Origin: Phoronis australis
Taxonomy: Eukaryota > Animalia > Phoronida
Reading direction: 5' to 3'
Assembly: GCA_002633005.1 (NCBI GenBank)
Contig: NMRA01000033.1
Span: forward strand, 76,436-140,435
Length of the DNA: 64,000 nt
Below are positions 1 through 12,400 of this stretch, in pieces. Positions within the stretch are counted from its first letter, which is position 1. Every line of letters starts with the position of its first letter. Under the pieces are notes generated by a model. That model searched no databases. It was given only the letters and a program-made list of their open reading frames with translations, and was not told where the DNA came from. A program made the translations under genes and the position numbers.

Positions 1-59
1 TAAGTAATTAATGTTTACAAAAAATTGAGACTACGGCAGGGGATGACGGCCACTTGGGC

Positions 60-2600
60 ATGTTGTTTGCAACCATCTACTCCATTTAACCTTCTCAAAA
101 ATTTTTGACTTAAAGTGCTTTAAAATCACACCCACAGTATAACGCCATAGGATTATCCCTTAGCGCAAGCAGTGTCGATGTGGCAACTGAATGTAGTGTT
201 CGAAAAACAGGATTGCAGGAGTATTTGTTTAAACTGGGATCAAATGAAAACATTAACGACCTCCTCAGAGGCATCTCTCTACGCGGTACTTCTAAACTTA
301 TAGGAACATAATTTGCCTAAAAGTATCCGGCATATGGAGTACCTATGGTATGATCATCGTCTCTACTGGGTCAGCAGTATTGTCTAATACCTAGACAGCC
401 AAGGGGCTGAACAAGTTAAAAAACAACTGGTGATAATACTGAAACACACATGGAAAACACCAAGATGTATTTTTAAAAAGCACGTACCTGTTTTTGAAAG
501 CTATACTTCTTTCTCTTTCTTGAAATGTGGCCCATAATGTACTTTTCCTGCTAACAAATGATGCACTCATGTTTCAGAATGTTCCTATCTTGTTCAGGTT
601 AATTTTGGAAGTATGATTGATTTTCTTGGGAAATCTTGGATAACATCTGTATCACGTTCAGCAACTTCAGCTTTAGTACTACTGTTGGTGCCTTGAAACG
701 TTGCTATGCCATTCTATGTCCTTTCAATTTTTTGGTCTGACACTTGGTCTTCTAGTCTGCAGCACTCAGCAGTATACTGTGTAGGCTACCAGGACATGCA
801 GCTGTTTTCTGCACAAACGTTTGTGACACCTCTTTTTGTTTTTGATCTACTGATCTACAGTGTTCCACAGTCAATCACCTTTCATCAGGAAGCTTTCCTA
901 AGCTTCTTTAGGCTCTGACATCACAATTTTGTGCTGTTTGATAAACCTTGAATTATACAGGCATCCCACTCCATGGGAGCAGCCATATTGAAGTAACTAA
1001 GCACAACAATATAATCTGGCTCTCTGATTGGTCAATTCAATAGAAAAGCGCCATCAAGTGGCAGGAATGTGCATCATATTTTGTGCAACAAAAAAATGTG
1101 CAAGTGTAGACGTGGGAACTTTTTGGAATTTGATTTATAGTTATATTATCTAGCCACATAGAAAAAACTAGGTTGCCCCCCAAAGTACTCACAAGGATGA
1201 ACGCTATGAGATCTGGCCCACCGACTATTTGAACAATTTAAGTTTTGTGTTAATTTGTCTATGAACAAAAGTTCCACATGCAAGAAAAGTAAGTTTTCAA
1301 TTGTAGCTAGCTGGATAAGAATCTGCTATGCACAAGATTCCAGAATAAACAATTATCAGTGTACTTAAAAACAAAATAGCAAACTGAACAAACACATACA
1401 TATAAAGAAACAGCATTGCAATGGAGTCCATAATCAGGCATATCAAGTGATGAATTTCAGAATTAGGTTCAATTCTCTCAGGTTATTGCTGAAGGACTGC
1501 TTTTCATCTTATCCAAAGGTAGAATAGACGATCAGGCGGTTGGTTTCAGTTGTTTTCTCTCACCTGTAACAGAATAATGAGAGAAATATTAGCAAATTAT
1601 AAAAGAAAACACAAGACAAAACTACTTTTGTAAGGCAGAACATACCTGACGTTTCATCTTCATGTTTATATGTAGAAACTAATAACCTCTGTACCCATGG
1701 CTTATTTAAGATCTGAATTAAAATATGTGAAACTGGCTAAAAGTGATTTAATAATATGTATTTTTCATGTCACTTAAAATATGCTTCTGATCTCAACAAG
1801 TAAAATTCATTCAAGGTGTCAATTTTTATTCCAATTCAATGTTACGACATTTGCTGAATTAAGGCTTATTCATGTTAATTCGGTAACTAATCTGGTAGTC
1901 CTGTGGGTGGGGTCCGCTACAAAATAACGAAACTCACTCATCAAGAGAATGTTATTGGACACAGCATAGTTTTGAAGGGAAATTGCTGTGAAAAAGTCAC
2001 CCTTGACCTCTGAGCGTTACGTACCATACACCTCTTATATTCCGGGTGAGTTTCCGAAAAGAAACACTTAGTTCCACTCAATAAACTCCTTATTCAGTGT
2101 GGTAACTGGTGGGGATAAAATCACCGAACGATGTTGATAGAAACTGATTGCTAAAAACTTACCAAGTACTGTTACGCAATTATGTAGTCTCCCAATGGAA
2201 ATGTACAGAGCACACACAGGGCTTCGGCATCCACACACTTTTTTGCCAGTTGGTTGACCCTTTTGACCGCAATTGTCTACGAATGTAGTAACCTTGGGTC
2301 TTTTTGGGAATTTGTGGCCACCTGTCGAAGACTTGCACCGGGGAAATAGCAATAATAAGGCTTAGCGCGACGACGTATTTTGATAACATTTCCGTCTTTT
2401 TACCAGTTGTTTACATGCAAACAGTGACGCATGCGCAATTCAATAACCACGAGTACAGCAGCGACACCGCGAGGAAAATTCTCCGAATAGCCCCATTGAC
2501 GTGGCGCTCGCACCAATCGAAATCTGTATCATCGACACAACGAATTTGGTTTTCACGGTCGGTGTCTCCATCGTGATGGAATGGACGATGACCGGCCGTT
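60..2600 (-). mobile_element. Heavily decayed THAP-domain DNA transposon (Kolobok-like) remnant
   Basis: Minus-strand pieces: THAP-like '...WMPKPCVCSVHF' (2389-2200), 'GERKQLKPTA*SSI' after an AG acceptor (~1565) and 'KYILVFSMC...TCSAP' (~470-400). A TTAA at 2600-2603 is a possible end. Many stops. Confidence 0.45.
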
Positions 2601-2817
2601 TAATTTAGTGCAAAGTACGTGGAAATTAAGGAAACACATTAATTGTTCATTTCATGTCAATTANTATAGATTATGTTCTTTAGGGCTTGTTCATCTTGTA
2701 CATAACTTTTGGACATACATTTTTTGTAGAACAGTTTTTTAACATTACCAGTAAATGTTTGTACATGATAATGTTGTTCAACTTTTGAGACAAATCGATT
2801 AATATGCTTATCCACAA

Positions 2818-3010
2818 ATGAATTTGTGTAACCATTATTTATTAGAAGTAGTTTATCACAAGCCTACTGACAAAGGTGTTTGTCTCCATGCTGATAGTGA
2901 CTGTCCTGAGCGTGATAAGATAGCTGTTTTAGTCAATCTTTTAAAGAGAGCTCACACTATTTCATCAGACTGGAAACTGTTCATTAGTGAAGTCCAACAT
3001 GTAAAACACG
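2818..3010 (+). mobile_element. Penelope-like retroelement RT C-terminal (thumb) fragment
   Basis: VYHKPTDKGVCLHADSDCPERDKIAVLVNLLKRAHTISSDWKLFISEV resembles the VYRKPT...HP...K...RA..I.S pattern of PLE reverse transcriptases. Confidence 0.7.
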
Positions 3011-3966
3011 CAAAATCTGGGAGTCAACCGACTCCTACCTTGCCCGTTGCAGCCGTTTAAGTGAACAACGATCTAATTAACGTCATTTTCATGCATATTT
3101 TTCAGTCTTTTAATTTGTAACAAATAATAGTCCGTCGTCATTTTGAAAAGAATAAGTTCGTGACAAGCGCACGCGTCATTTCCAGAAATTTTGCGACCAT
3201 CTGTCGGGAGATGATGACAGGTTCGCAGCAGCAAAATGTGTTCTGAAATTCGGTTTGGTGGTATTAAAATACTAAAAACTTGTAACTTGTAAACTAAACC
3301 AGTTCCGATAATTCGTTGTGACATATACGCAACCTCGCGGAAGAGAAGAATAATTGATAGAAGAATTGAGGAACAGAAACTGGCCAATGGGTGACGGCGC
3401 CGAAAGTCGACCCAAAAGAGCGCACCACAATTTTAGTAGCAGATGAACGGTAGAACGCCAATTTTTCCAACACCGGTAAGCAATTTAGTTTACTCAAAGA
3501 AGAGCGTTGTAGCTTTTAATGACACTAATTTTGTGTCAGGTTTTATTTGGTCAGTTGTTTTTCCCACATCGGAGGAAAGCTGCAGATTTAGTATACAGCT
3601 TTGCACCAAGGCTAGAACAGATCTTGCTTGTCGCCAGTGCTTGTCGTGGATATGAATTTTCCATGCACGGCACATGACGGGTTCGGCGGATAGTTTGCAC
3701 AAATATTTGTCATTGCCGCTTACATTGGGGTTACGAAGTGTGGGCGGTGTAATTTACGTCGCAATTAATTACTTTATGTGGTATGCAAGAAACTAAAACA
3801 ATGTTTTGTTAAAACTACTTGTACTTCTGGTGTCAAAAGGATGTTTTGGTGGGTTGGAGGCTACCTTTAAGACCGAAGACGAAAATTAGAAAAGAATGTA
3901 TTTCATGGACACAATTAGGTTTTTGGTCTTCGGTCCAACTTAGACAGAAATTGGTCGGTTTTTGAC

Positions 3967-4563
3967 ATTCGCTGGTTCTCTGCGTGTCCGCTAGGGGGAA
4001 GGGGACACGCAGGAATCATTCAGCAGCACGCGTTTTATCACTGGTTAATGTAACCTCGGCAGTCATTGATTACCTTTACAACAAACAAAGAAAATGGCGG
4101 ACTGTGAACGATCTTTAGATTTGTGATGCAATTGGTGTGACAGCAACTATTTCGTTTCTGCAGTAATAATAATAGCCAGATGCTTGAAGCACATATTATA
4201 TGCACACAGATCTGGCCGATTTAATCAGTGTGTTATTCATAGGTACTGTGTGCATACAAGACAGCAACATAAACATGAGTGTGCGACAGTAGAAAAATGC
4301 ATACCGATAAAGCATAACAACTTTCCGAATCACATTTCTTGAACATATCCCAATTAAGCACCGATTTAGTACAACAGACCGCAATTATATCCACATATAC
4401 ACTTTCTTCATCAGTCATGCCGGTTTGTTTACATATAAAGCGCTACCTGTTGACAATTCGATCATCCAATCGGAAACGCCGGTGTAATTTTTTTTCCGGA
4501 GGAAAATGAAATGATACCAGCGTGCCCCTTTCCCCGTAGCGGACACGCAAGGAACCAACGAGT
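3967..4563. mobile_element. Non-autonomous TIR element (~52-bp imperfect TIRs, ~8-bp TSD)
   Basis: tcgctggttctctgcgtgtccgctagggggaaggggacacgcaggaatcatt (3969-4020) is inverted at 4510-4561. tttttgac flanks both sides (3959-3966, 4564-4571). Confidence 0.7.
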
Positions 4564-5857
4564 TTTTTGACATAGCTAAGCATTCAAACTACGCTTGCTA
4601 ATTCACAAAAACTAATCGAGGCGGTGAGAGAAATAATACGGCTTCAAGAATAATCTTCGTTTTGAAACTCTAAATGAGCATTTATTTACAATATTTTGGA
4701 TATATTTGGGATCTCGTTTACTCAGACACTGGTTGGTTGGAAAATGTTCACGTGTGCAAATAAGTCGTGTTGCATGGTCTCTAGGTGGCCAGCCAGCTAG
4801 CTGTCTGAAGACTGTCGTCAAAATATCTAGTATACAGCTTTGTACCAAGGCTAGGTCTCTAGGGTGCTTTGTCGGTTCTTGAGTAGAATCGAAAGCAGAC
4901 GATCTTCAATTTGGCATTGTTTATAGCCATGATATTGTAAAAGATTCTGAAAGTATCAACGAAATTTGTTCCTCAGCAGCTTACAGTGATGAAAGTCCTA
5001 AATTTTACTCATTTAGACCGAAGGTCCAATCTTAAGCCTATTTGGTAGCAGGCTAAGGTTCGGTCTTAATTTTGTTCTTTCAAATAATTTCTATGAAACG
5101 GGGCTAAGAAATTTTGGTCTTAAATTAGTATGATTTCGGTCTACGGTATTAATTAAGACAAAAAGTTTCATGAAACGGGCCTCTATTTTCTAAATTGCTG
5201 AGAACAAAGAAAATGATGTCCTTTAAAACATATATTGGTAGTTTCTTACCGGAAATGTCATGAAGCGTTTGTGCATAGATAGGCGCTCAGTCATCGCTTG
5301 TTTAATCTCATTTTGTTTTACTGCACTGTCTTGTTTTTCGAATTCACCAAAGCGAGTTGACGGACGGTCCATAGCCGACTGATTGGACGACATCATGGAT
5401 AGCGGATGATTCGGACTATGCCCGCTTTTATTCGACTTCAGTTCCATTTTACTCAGTCGTTTGATAATCTTCGTGTTCCAGAAGATTTGCAATCGCACGT
5501 GTGCCTGGCACAAATCCAAGCGAGGAGTATGCGCGTGCCTCAGCAGGCGGGCGTGACTTTTATAGATGTCAATGGCAAAAACGCTCCATGCGCAGGGTGA
5601 ATATAGAGAATCCTATACGAATCTCAGGTTCAAAACCTCTTGAAAATTTCGTCAAAATCCCGAGGCTTGCCGAGAGACGAAATATTAAATGCGCGACAAT
5701 AAAACGTTATAATGGGCAAATTAGGTTAAGGTTACACATTTAAACACCCCACTTAAACTGAACGTGTAAAACACATCGACACAGTTTTGACCAAGCATAT
5801 GCTTGAACTTTTCAAACTTAACTTTTGACAAAGGTTTTATAAATACATCTGCAGAAG

Positions 5858-6120
5858 CATGAGCACACCCAGCCTAAAATATAGGGGGCTCGAATTCTTC
5901 GTTATGTGGACCATTTATTGAAAAAAATCAACGAGAACTAAAAAAAACGGAGTCACTGGGTTCAGGCCTGCCAATCGTGCATCCGCGCCGAATTTCTTAG
6001 GAGTTTGTGGACTTTTGTCACGTTTACTCGGACTTTTTGTTTCACTAAGGCGGACCTTTTTGCCCAATTCGCCAAATTGGGGGACTCGTTTGAGACCCCG
6101 GCCCCCTGGATGCGCCCATG
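5858..6120 (+). mobile_element. MITE family A, copy 1 (CATG termini, 5-bp TSD)
   Basis: catgagcacacccag...ctggatgcgcccatg, flanks agaag/agatg. Internal sequence is shared with 13432-13671 and 26739-26996. Confidence 0.75.
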
Positions 6121-7254
6121 AGATGGTGTATAAATGTAGATTATTACATGGCGAAGTCGTTATTCCCCGTAATCTAGACCCCGAGTGGATTTTGGAGAAT
6201 TATCGCCCGAGAGCAAAAGATAAGGGGGATAACGACTGAGAACATGTAATAATATATTTATACCACACACTAAACGATAAACATTTCAAAGAATCGATCT
6301 ACCTTTATCGACTAGTCTCGGCTTTTGTAACTACTTTCTATGTCAGAGGTCTGGGGTTGGAGATCGTGTCCTTTTAAGAAACGTTGAGTTAACTTAAAAC
6401 CAAATAAAAATTGAAACAAAATATAAATAAAGTGAATCAAAAAAATAATTTTAAAGACCTGATCTCAAAATGCCCATGTGGTTCCAATATCCGAAAATAC
6501 TTACTACATAAAATCTTATTTTCGACACCCTTTATATTCTTTTCGCCTTTCTTGCCAAAAGCGATTTTTTAACAGTATTTGACCCTTCTCTGTGAGCGTA
6601 TAGTTACGATCCCCTCGACCCACGACCTGTGGCAATAGAAGTATCTTAGCGCCTTTTACACATTTCATAATCATATTACGTCGCTGAATGACGTTCCCAT
6701 AAAACTAACCTACACACAAATCTGCTCTGGCTCAAATCTGCAGTTAAAAACTGGAAGTTGCTAAAGAACATGATTTGGAATAGCGAATTGTGAGGGTGCT
6801 ATCGTTGCCACGGAAATAATTCTACGAGCGGCTACCAATGGCCCTGTTCAGCTAAGCTTAAGGAGAGTGTACGTTAACATTTTTATTATTTGTTTCCTGT
6901 TGCACACTTGTTTAGAATATACTCTATAAAACGTTGAGATACTTTTTAGTTTTTTTTTTCAAACTGTATTTACTGAAAACATTACATATTCTTCGGTTCC
7001 TCGCACTCTCCCAAAAAGATTGAATCTGCCATTCATTGAAGAGCAGACGAGACGATTGCACTTTGCCGCGAACGACATTTTTAACCTTGGTAGTTCTTTG
7101 ATTTGATTTTTGTATTTGTTTTATTTTTCTATTTTTGGCTTTCAAACTTTCTCAATTGCAAAAGAATAGAGAAAAGCCAGCCGAGCTCACGGACCGACTC
7201 GTTGATCTTGCAAGTCACTGCTTGTTCTACGTTCAGATCGAGTCGAGCTTGTAG

Positions 7255-7342
7255 GCTGGGTCGAGGGGGTTGTGGGCCGTGGGGGTTGTGGGCCGTGGGT
7301 CGAGGGGGTCGTGGAACGAGGGGGTAGGGGGTCGAGGGGTTT
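7255..7342 (+). repeat. G-rich short tandem repeat (gggtcgagg/gtgggcc)
   Basis: Repeated GGG-GGGGG tracts are visible directly. A related inverted motif, cccctcgacccacgacc, lies at ~6611. Confidence 0.7.
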
Positions 7343-7344
7343 TA

Positions 7345-8510
7345 GAACTTTCCGCGCTTAGACAACAAGGAGTGCATTTGGGCATGCAGTCACTCATGTT
7401 GAATATATCTAGAGTTTGCGTTAGATATTTTGTTTGATTTATAGTTATGCAATCATTCTCGGAATTGAAAGTTATTCCTAGCAAATCATGATAACGTCAA
7501 GAAATCCTTCATTTTGAACTTTTGACACAGGGAGCTTTTGATATTGACGAGTTCAGATTCATTACTTACTGTTACCGGGTACTATAATATCGTCGTCCCA
7601 TATAATGATAACTACTGAAGACGTTTCAGTGTGTCTGATAAATACAGCGATCACACAACGGTTATTGAAATCGTGAAGCATGTTTTCCAATTTCTCCCAT
7701 AGGCGCATTGAAGAATGCTGTTTTAACATCCATTAGATGTACAATCACGTTTTCCTGAACTGCGATTTGCATAAGCATTCGAGTAAAAGTAACTCGTGCA
7801 GTTGGTGAGAATGTCTCATAATGGTCTATCTTATGCTTTTGTGAGTAGCCTTTCGGGACAAATCGTGGTTTGTGTTTATCCTCGCCATTTGCTGGGCCCA
7901 AGCTTTACAGCACACACATCTAACCCCCAATGGCTTTCCGTCTCGTGGCACAGTAGTAAACTCAGTTAACTCAGTGAAATGCGTGTCAGGATTGAAATTA
8001 TTATCAAAAGTGACAAACTTGTTTTCATCACAATATTGGCTGTAGCCCCACAATCAACAAGTAGAGTGTTTTTGTTCCAGTCCCTGTATCTAGCACTGGC
8101 AGCGTCATCGACAATACTAGCTTTGAACGCAAAATTGTGTGGTTGTCCGTTAGACTCAGGTTCATTAGTGTCCATACTTTTCGCAGTGTCCCTTTTCATT
8201 TGTGTCATGCGAATGGTTTTTGCAGACTGTGTACCAATTATTTTAATTTGTACCGTCTCCGGTTCTGGTTCCTGTTCTCAGCTCGGTTGAGTCCCAATTC
8301 AGGTTGACCACTTATGGGTGTGTACTTTGCAGCCATCACATTTGATGGAGTTTGGTTTACCATTTTCAATCTCTTCAAAACTACGAAGTGCCCCTTTGAT
8401 CTCTGAAAATGTCATTGGTTTTTCACGTTAGTTCTGTATTCTGACGACAGCGCCTTTACAACCAATGCAATAAGCAAACTGTTACTGAGTTCTTCGCCTG
8501 CACTTTTTGT
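7345..8510 (-). mobile_element. Degenerate, internally deleted Ty1/copia LTR retrotransposon (gag, protease and RT fragments)
   Basis: Protease LLVDCGATANIV. RT motifs RFVPKGYSQKHKIDHYETFSPTARV, HLMDVKTAFFNAP and LGITF...INQTKYLTQTLDIFNMSDC. Frameshifted. Confidence 0.85.
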
Positions 8511-8941
8511 TTAGGTGTAAATGTATCACGGAACACGTAATCTACCGTTACAAATTAACCAATCAAAAAACAAACAGTGATTTATTTATCTTTACAAGAA
8601 CAAGGTTGGGCAATTTTTATTTCTTTTGAACATTGATAATTTCTTTGTCTGATGGTTGTAATAATAAAACGTTCCAGACATGGCAGAAAAACGTGATCTC
8701 GTTAATGAGTTCACTTGTATAGGCCTGTATATATCACCAGAGGAGATTCCACCATTTTTAACACAGAGCACTTTTATTTTCTTGAAAATGTAAACAAGTA
8801 TTATATACAACACCACTGGTGAACTGTCGAGCGTTTATTAAATTCCCTCTTGGCTAAAATTCAAGGAACATAGGAACAGTTAATGCATATTTCACCTAAT
8901 AAACGTCACACTTGTGGTCAAGGAGGATTTAAAGATGCAAT

Positions 8942-9495
8942 TTACACTTTACGGCACACAAATAAAGTTTTCTTTTCTTCTGGATGTGGGGCAGCCCTTT
9001 CCGAGATGATGGAAAATCCTGCTGTGTTAAGAAGTTCCCGCCCCTTGTGCTTCTTCCACTGACAACCCAGTCCCCAACCTCCATCACCGAACATAGAGGG
9101 CGCCACACATTGTAGTAAACTTATACTATAAAACATAGCATCCAGTTCATTGGTTTGGGGTTCATGAAACTTGTCAACCATACAGAAAACTCCATCGTCT
9201 TTAAGAATTCTGTGGATCTCATTTAAGCCTAAATCTGGACGGGAAAGGTCATGTATGACAGTGTTCACAAAAACAAAATCAAATCTTCTGTGCCAATCGC
9301 CTGGAAGTTTACATGCGTCGAGAAGTTCAAATTGAGCGTTAGGAAGCTTAAGGTCCTTTGCTTTCTGGTTACTCTGGATGACGTAGAGCTCTTGACATTC
9401 CACGCCAATAAAATTCGAGTTTGGGTTTTCTTTCGCGAGTTCCAGTAACATAGCCCCATGGCCGCAACCAATTTCGCACACTGAAATACCATCAC
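8942..9495 (-). CDS. Methyltransferase exon 4 (SAM-binding domain, stop)
   Basis: Acceptor tttacag|GT at 9496/9495. Motif I is EIGCGHG. Confidence 0.9.
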
Positions 9496-12400
9496 CTGTA
9501 AATAAAACGGCGACTGTTCAGAATTATGAGAAGCATGTTGGACATTCAAGGTCGTATTGGAATAGTCATACATGTACCTGTGGAGACGTTAAAACTGTGT
9601 TAATAAACTGTCCACTACAGCCCAAGCTCTGCTGCCGAGTTTCTTGAGAGTTTGGCGAACAAGTCTTCGCGAGGTAGCGCCATGCATTACAAGGAAACCT
9701 TTCATTCACGAGTATCCTGAGTTACGCACTGGGCCTCAGATTAGATAGTAAGTTTCCAGGGAGATTTCCCAAAGGTGTCAAATAGGCACTGTACACGTAC
9801 ACAAACTAAACATTGACTAACACAACTGATACTGATACAACCGTAACGTGAGATCACGGCATGCAAGAGCACGAGTCACTAACTCATGCAGCGAGTGAAC
9901 ACAAATCTTATCAGCGAATATGTTGGTGTCACTAAATCGGATCCCATTTGTCAAATCGGATATGGGGCATAAAATCTCCAAAACTCAAAGTTCAAACTTG
10001 TTTTCTGAAAGCAAAGATGGCTTTATAAAAGCCTGGATAAAGATAACTGACCCAAAGAGCCTATGTTCGATTAAAATGTGTATGCCTACATAAACTTGCC
10101 GCAGAATAGGCCGAAAAAGTACAATGCGCCAATTGACCGGAGGCATTTGATTATACCAAGTCACCGAGGATATAATGTTGCGCTCAAGGCTGCGGAGCAC
10201 ACTCCAAAGTCGATCATCTCTAACGTAGTGAAATCTGTAGGCGAAAATTGAGGGCTGTGCAAGAGTACATGTCCAATAATAATACCTGTAATACCTGTCA
10301 CGGACAGGATCATTGGGGATATGCTGGTGTACTAATCCCCTCCCCAGACCATCCCCGTGACAGGTACATTTTACAGGTCCAAACGCCCTACGGTCCTCAG
10401 CGCAATATAGCAATCCAGAACCATGCGATTCGTCACTAGGAGACAAATGCCAAGTCAGTTCTGTGCTTGGGGTGACTGCGAAATGAGAGCCAACCTACAG
10501 CGGAAACTGGTAACGGCGTTGCGTCCAGACATCGTGACATGGTGGACGAGACAGAAGCCCACCTTTGTTATTGAACTGACTATGCCGAAGGAGGAGAACA
10601 GTGAAGAAGCATATACGAGTGTTCCAGGCTCTCGGCGTTCGGTGAAATAAAAGGAAGGCAGCTATCCGCAAGCCAAGTGAGGAAACGGAGAAAGCATCGC
10701 GTTGACTGTGGTACAGGAAGGTCAGAACCAGCTTGAAGGTCTTCCTTCAATACGTTGTCACTGGCAATCACTGAACCCACCAGCAGACCTTATTATGGAT
10801 TTAGGGCTAAAGCTAGCAAGGAATCTAGATAACCATTTGACCATGTTGACATGGCCAAATGAGCAACGACGAAAAGCACTCACCGATCAATACCAGACAA
10901 CAAGACTGAATCGAGACGCCATGTGACAAGCATGAAAATGGAGGACTTCTTCAATCAATGACGTCATACAATTTACCCTTTCAGTCAATTATTAGATATC
11001 CTTAAAAATGACTAGTAAATAATCTAAAACTTACACAACTTGGCAATAAGGTCAGGAACTGAAGCAATCATCTGGTCGGTGAAGTGGGGATTGAGTTTTG
11101 CTTTTGTTTCGTTCAATCCATTCAAGAAGACGTCATAATCTTCGAATCTTGAATAACTCAAGCCTGAAAATGTTAGTAAAAATTATTTTCAGACTGAAAT
11201 GGCTTATTCTGAGCCACAAACTTTTACACATAAATCACACAGGAAGAGATAGCATAATGTTCAATTTCGATAGTTATCACAATGCTGTTGATTTTTTGCA
11301 TCCAAGGGACACTTCTTGATGTCGACTTACCTGTGGGTCCCTCTTTCTTGAAACATTCGCTCATTTCGTTGAACAATCTCCCCCACGACAATACGTGATA
11401 TTTCATCAATTCATTTGAAAACGAAGGCTTTATTAAAGCAGACCGGCGATGCTCAGGAAGAAAGAACTGACGGCCATCGGCAGATACGTCAACAATCTTC
11501 AAACACGTCATCTGGAGAAGCCATTCTTCTACGTACCTTCAAAATCAACAATATGGGTAGGCCCACTGAAGACGAAAGGTAGGCAAAATGACAATGAGGC
11601 GATCGTAAAAAGCTCATCCACGTAGTGGATCGCCAAGATATTGAGAGACCTCACCTTTGAAAACGCTCCGCTGCTGATTACGCAAGGATATTTTGAAAGA
11701 AGGAAAATGACAGTGGCATCTGGGCTGCGTTTCGTGGACCCAAGAGCCTCCCACAGTACTTGGTGCGCTAAATCTTTGCTTATGGTTAAGAAACAGTGAA
11801 TGCTATCTCATAATTTAGTATTCCAACCTCACCAAATAATAATTCTAATGGCCGCCATTTTAACATGGTACGGTAACAAGGCTCTGGAACTCGCGAAATC
11901 CTGGCTTAATGGAGTCAAAAAATGCCCCCCCGTGCCCCCCTCGTACTTCAACTTCTAAGCTGCATTTCCACAAAGAAAAATATGTGTGAAAACCGAAAAA
12001 AGAAGTTAAGCCAAAAAAGTGTCCCACGTGCGCTTTTTATACAAATTAGAGACGCCATTACGGATTTTTCGTCATTTGATGATATCGGACCTTCTTTTTC
12101 ATGTAATTGAACAAATCAAGTGCCAAAACCGATATTTGAGGGTCAAGGAATAATTTTCTTCATAATCAATTGCATCTGACTTGCGTTATACGGTTACTCA
12201 CTGACAGTGTAAATAAGCCAGTACAAACACAAAATGTGCAACTTTCAGTGATTTCATAGTCACCTTTTTAGTGAACCGGACTCAACAATTTTTTTAATAT
12301 CTCAAGGAAAAAACGCAGGGAAATGATTGCAGAAATGTGGACTATCATTATGAGCTGATGTCACTGCTTACATGTTCCATAACTCCATATCACGTTCATC

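Noticed and set aside
8942-9481. Bacterial contamination, suggested by the bacterial-like methyltransferase
   Set aside because: The gene has three canonical spliceosomal introns and is embedded among animal transposons.
9985-10446. 153-aa minus-strand ORF in methyltransferase intron 3
   Set aside because: Antisense to a non-LTR fragment. The gene splices in frame without it.
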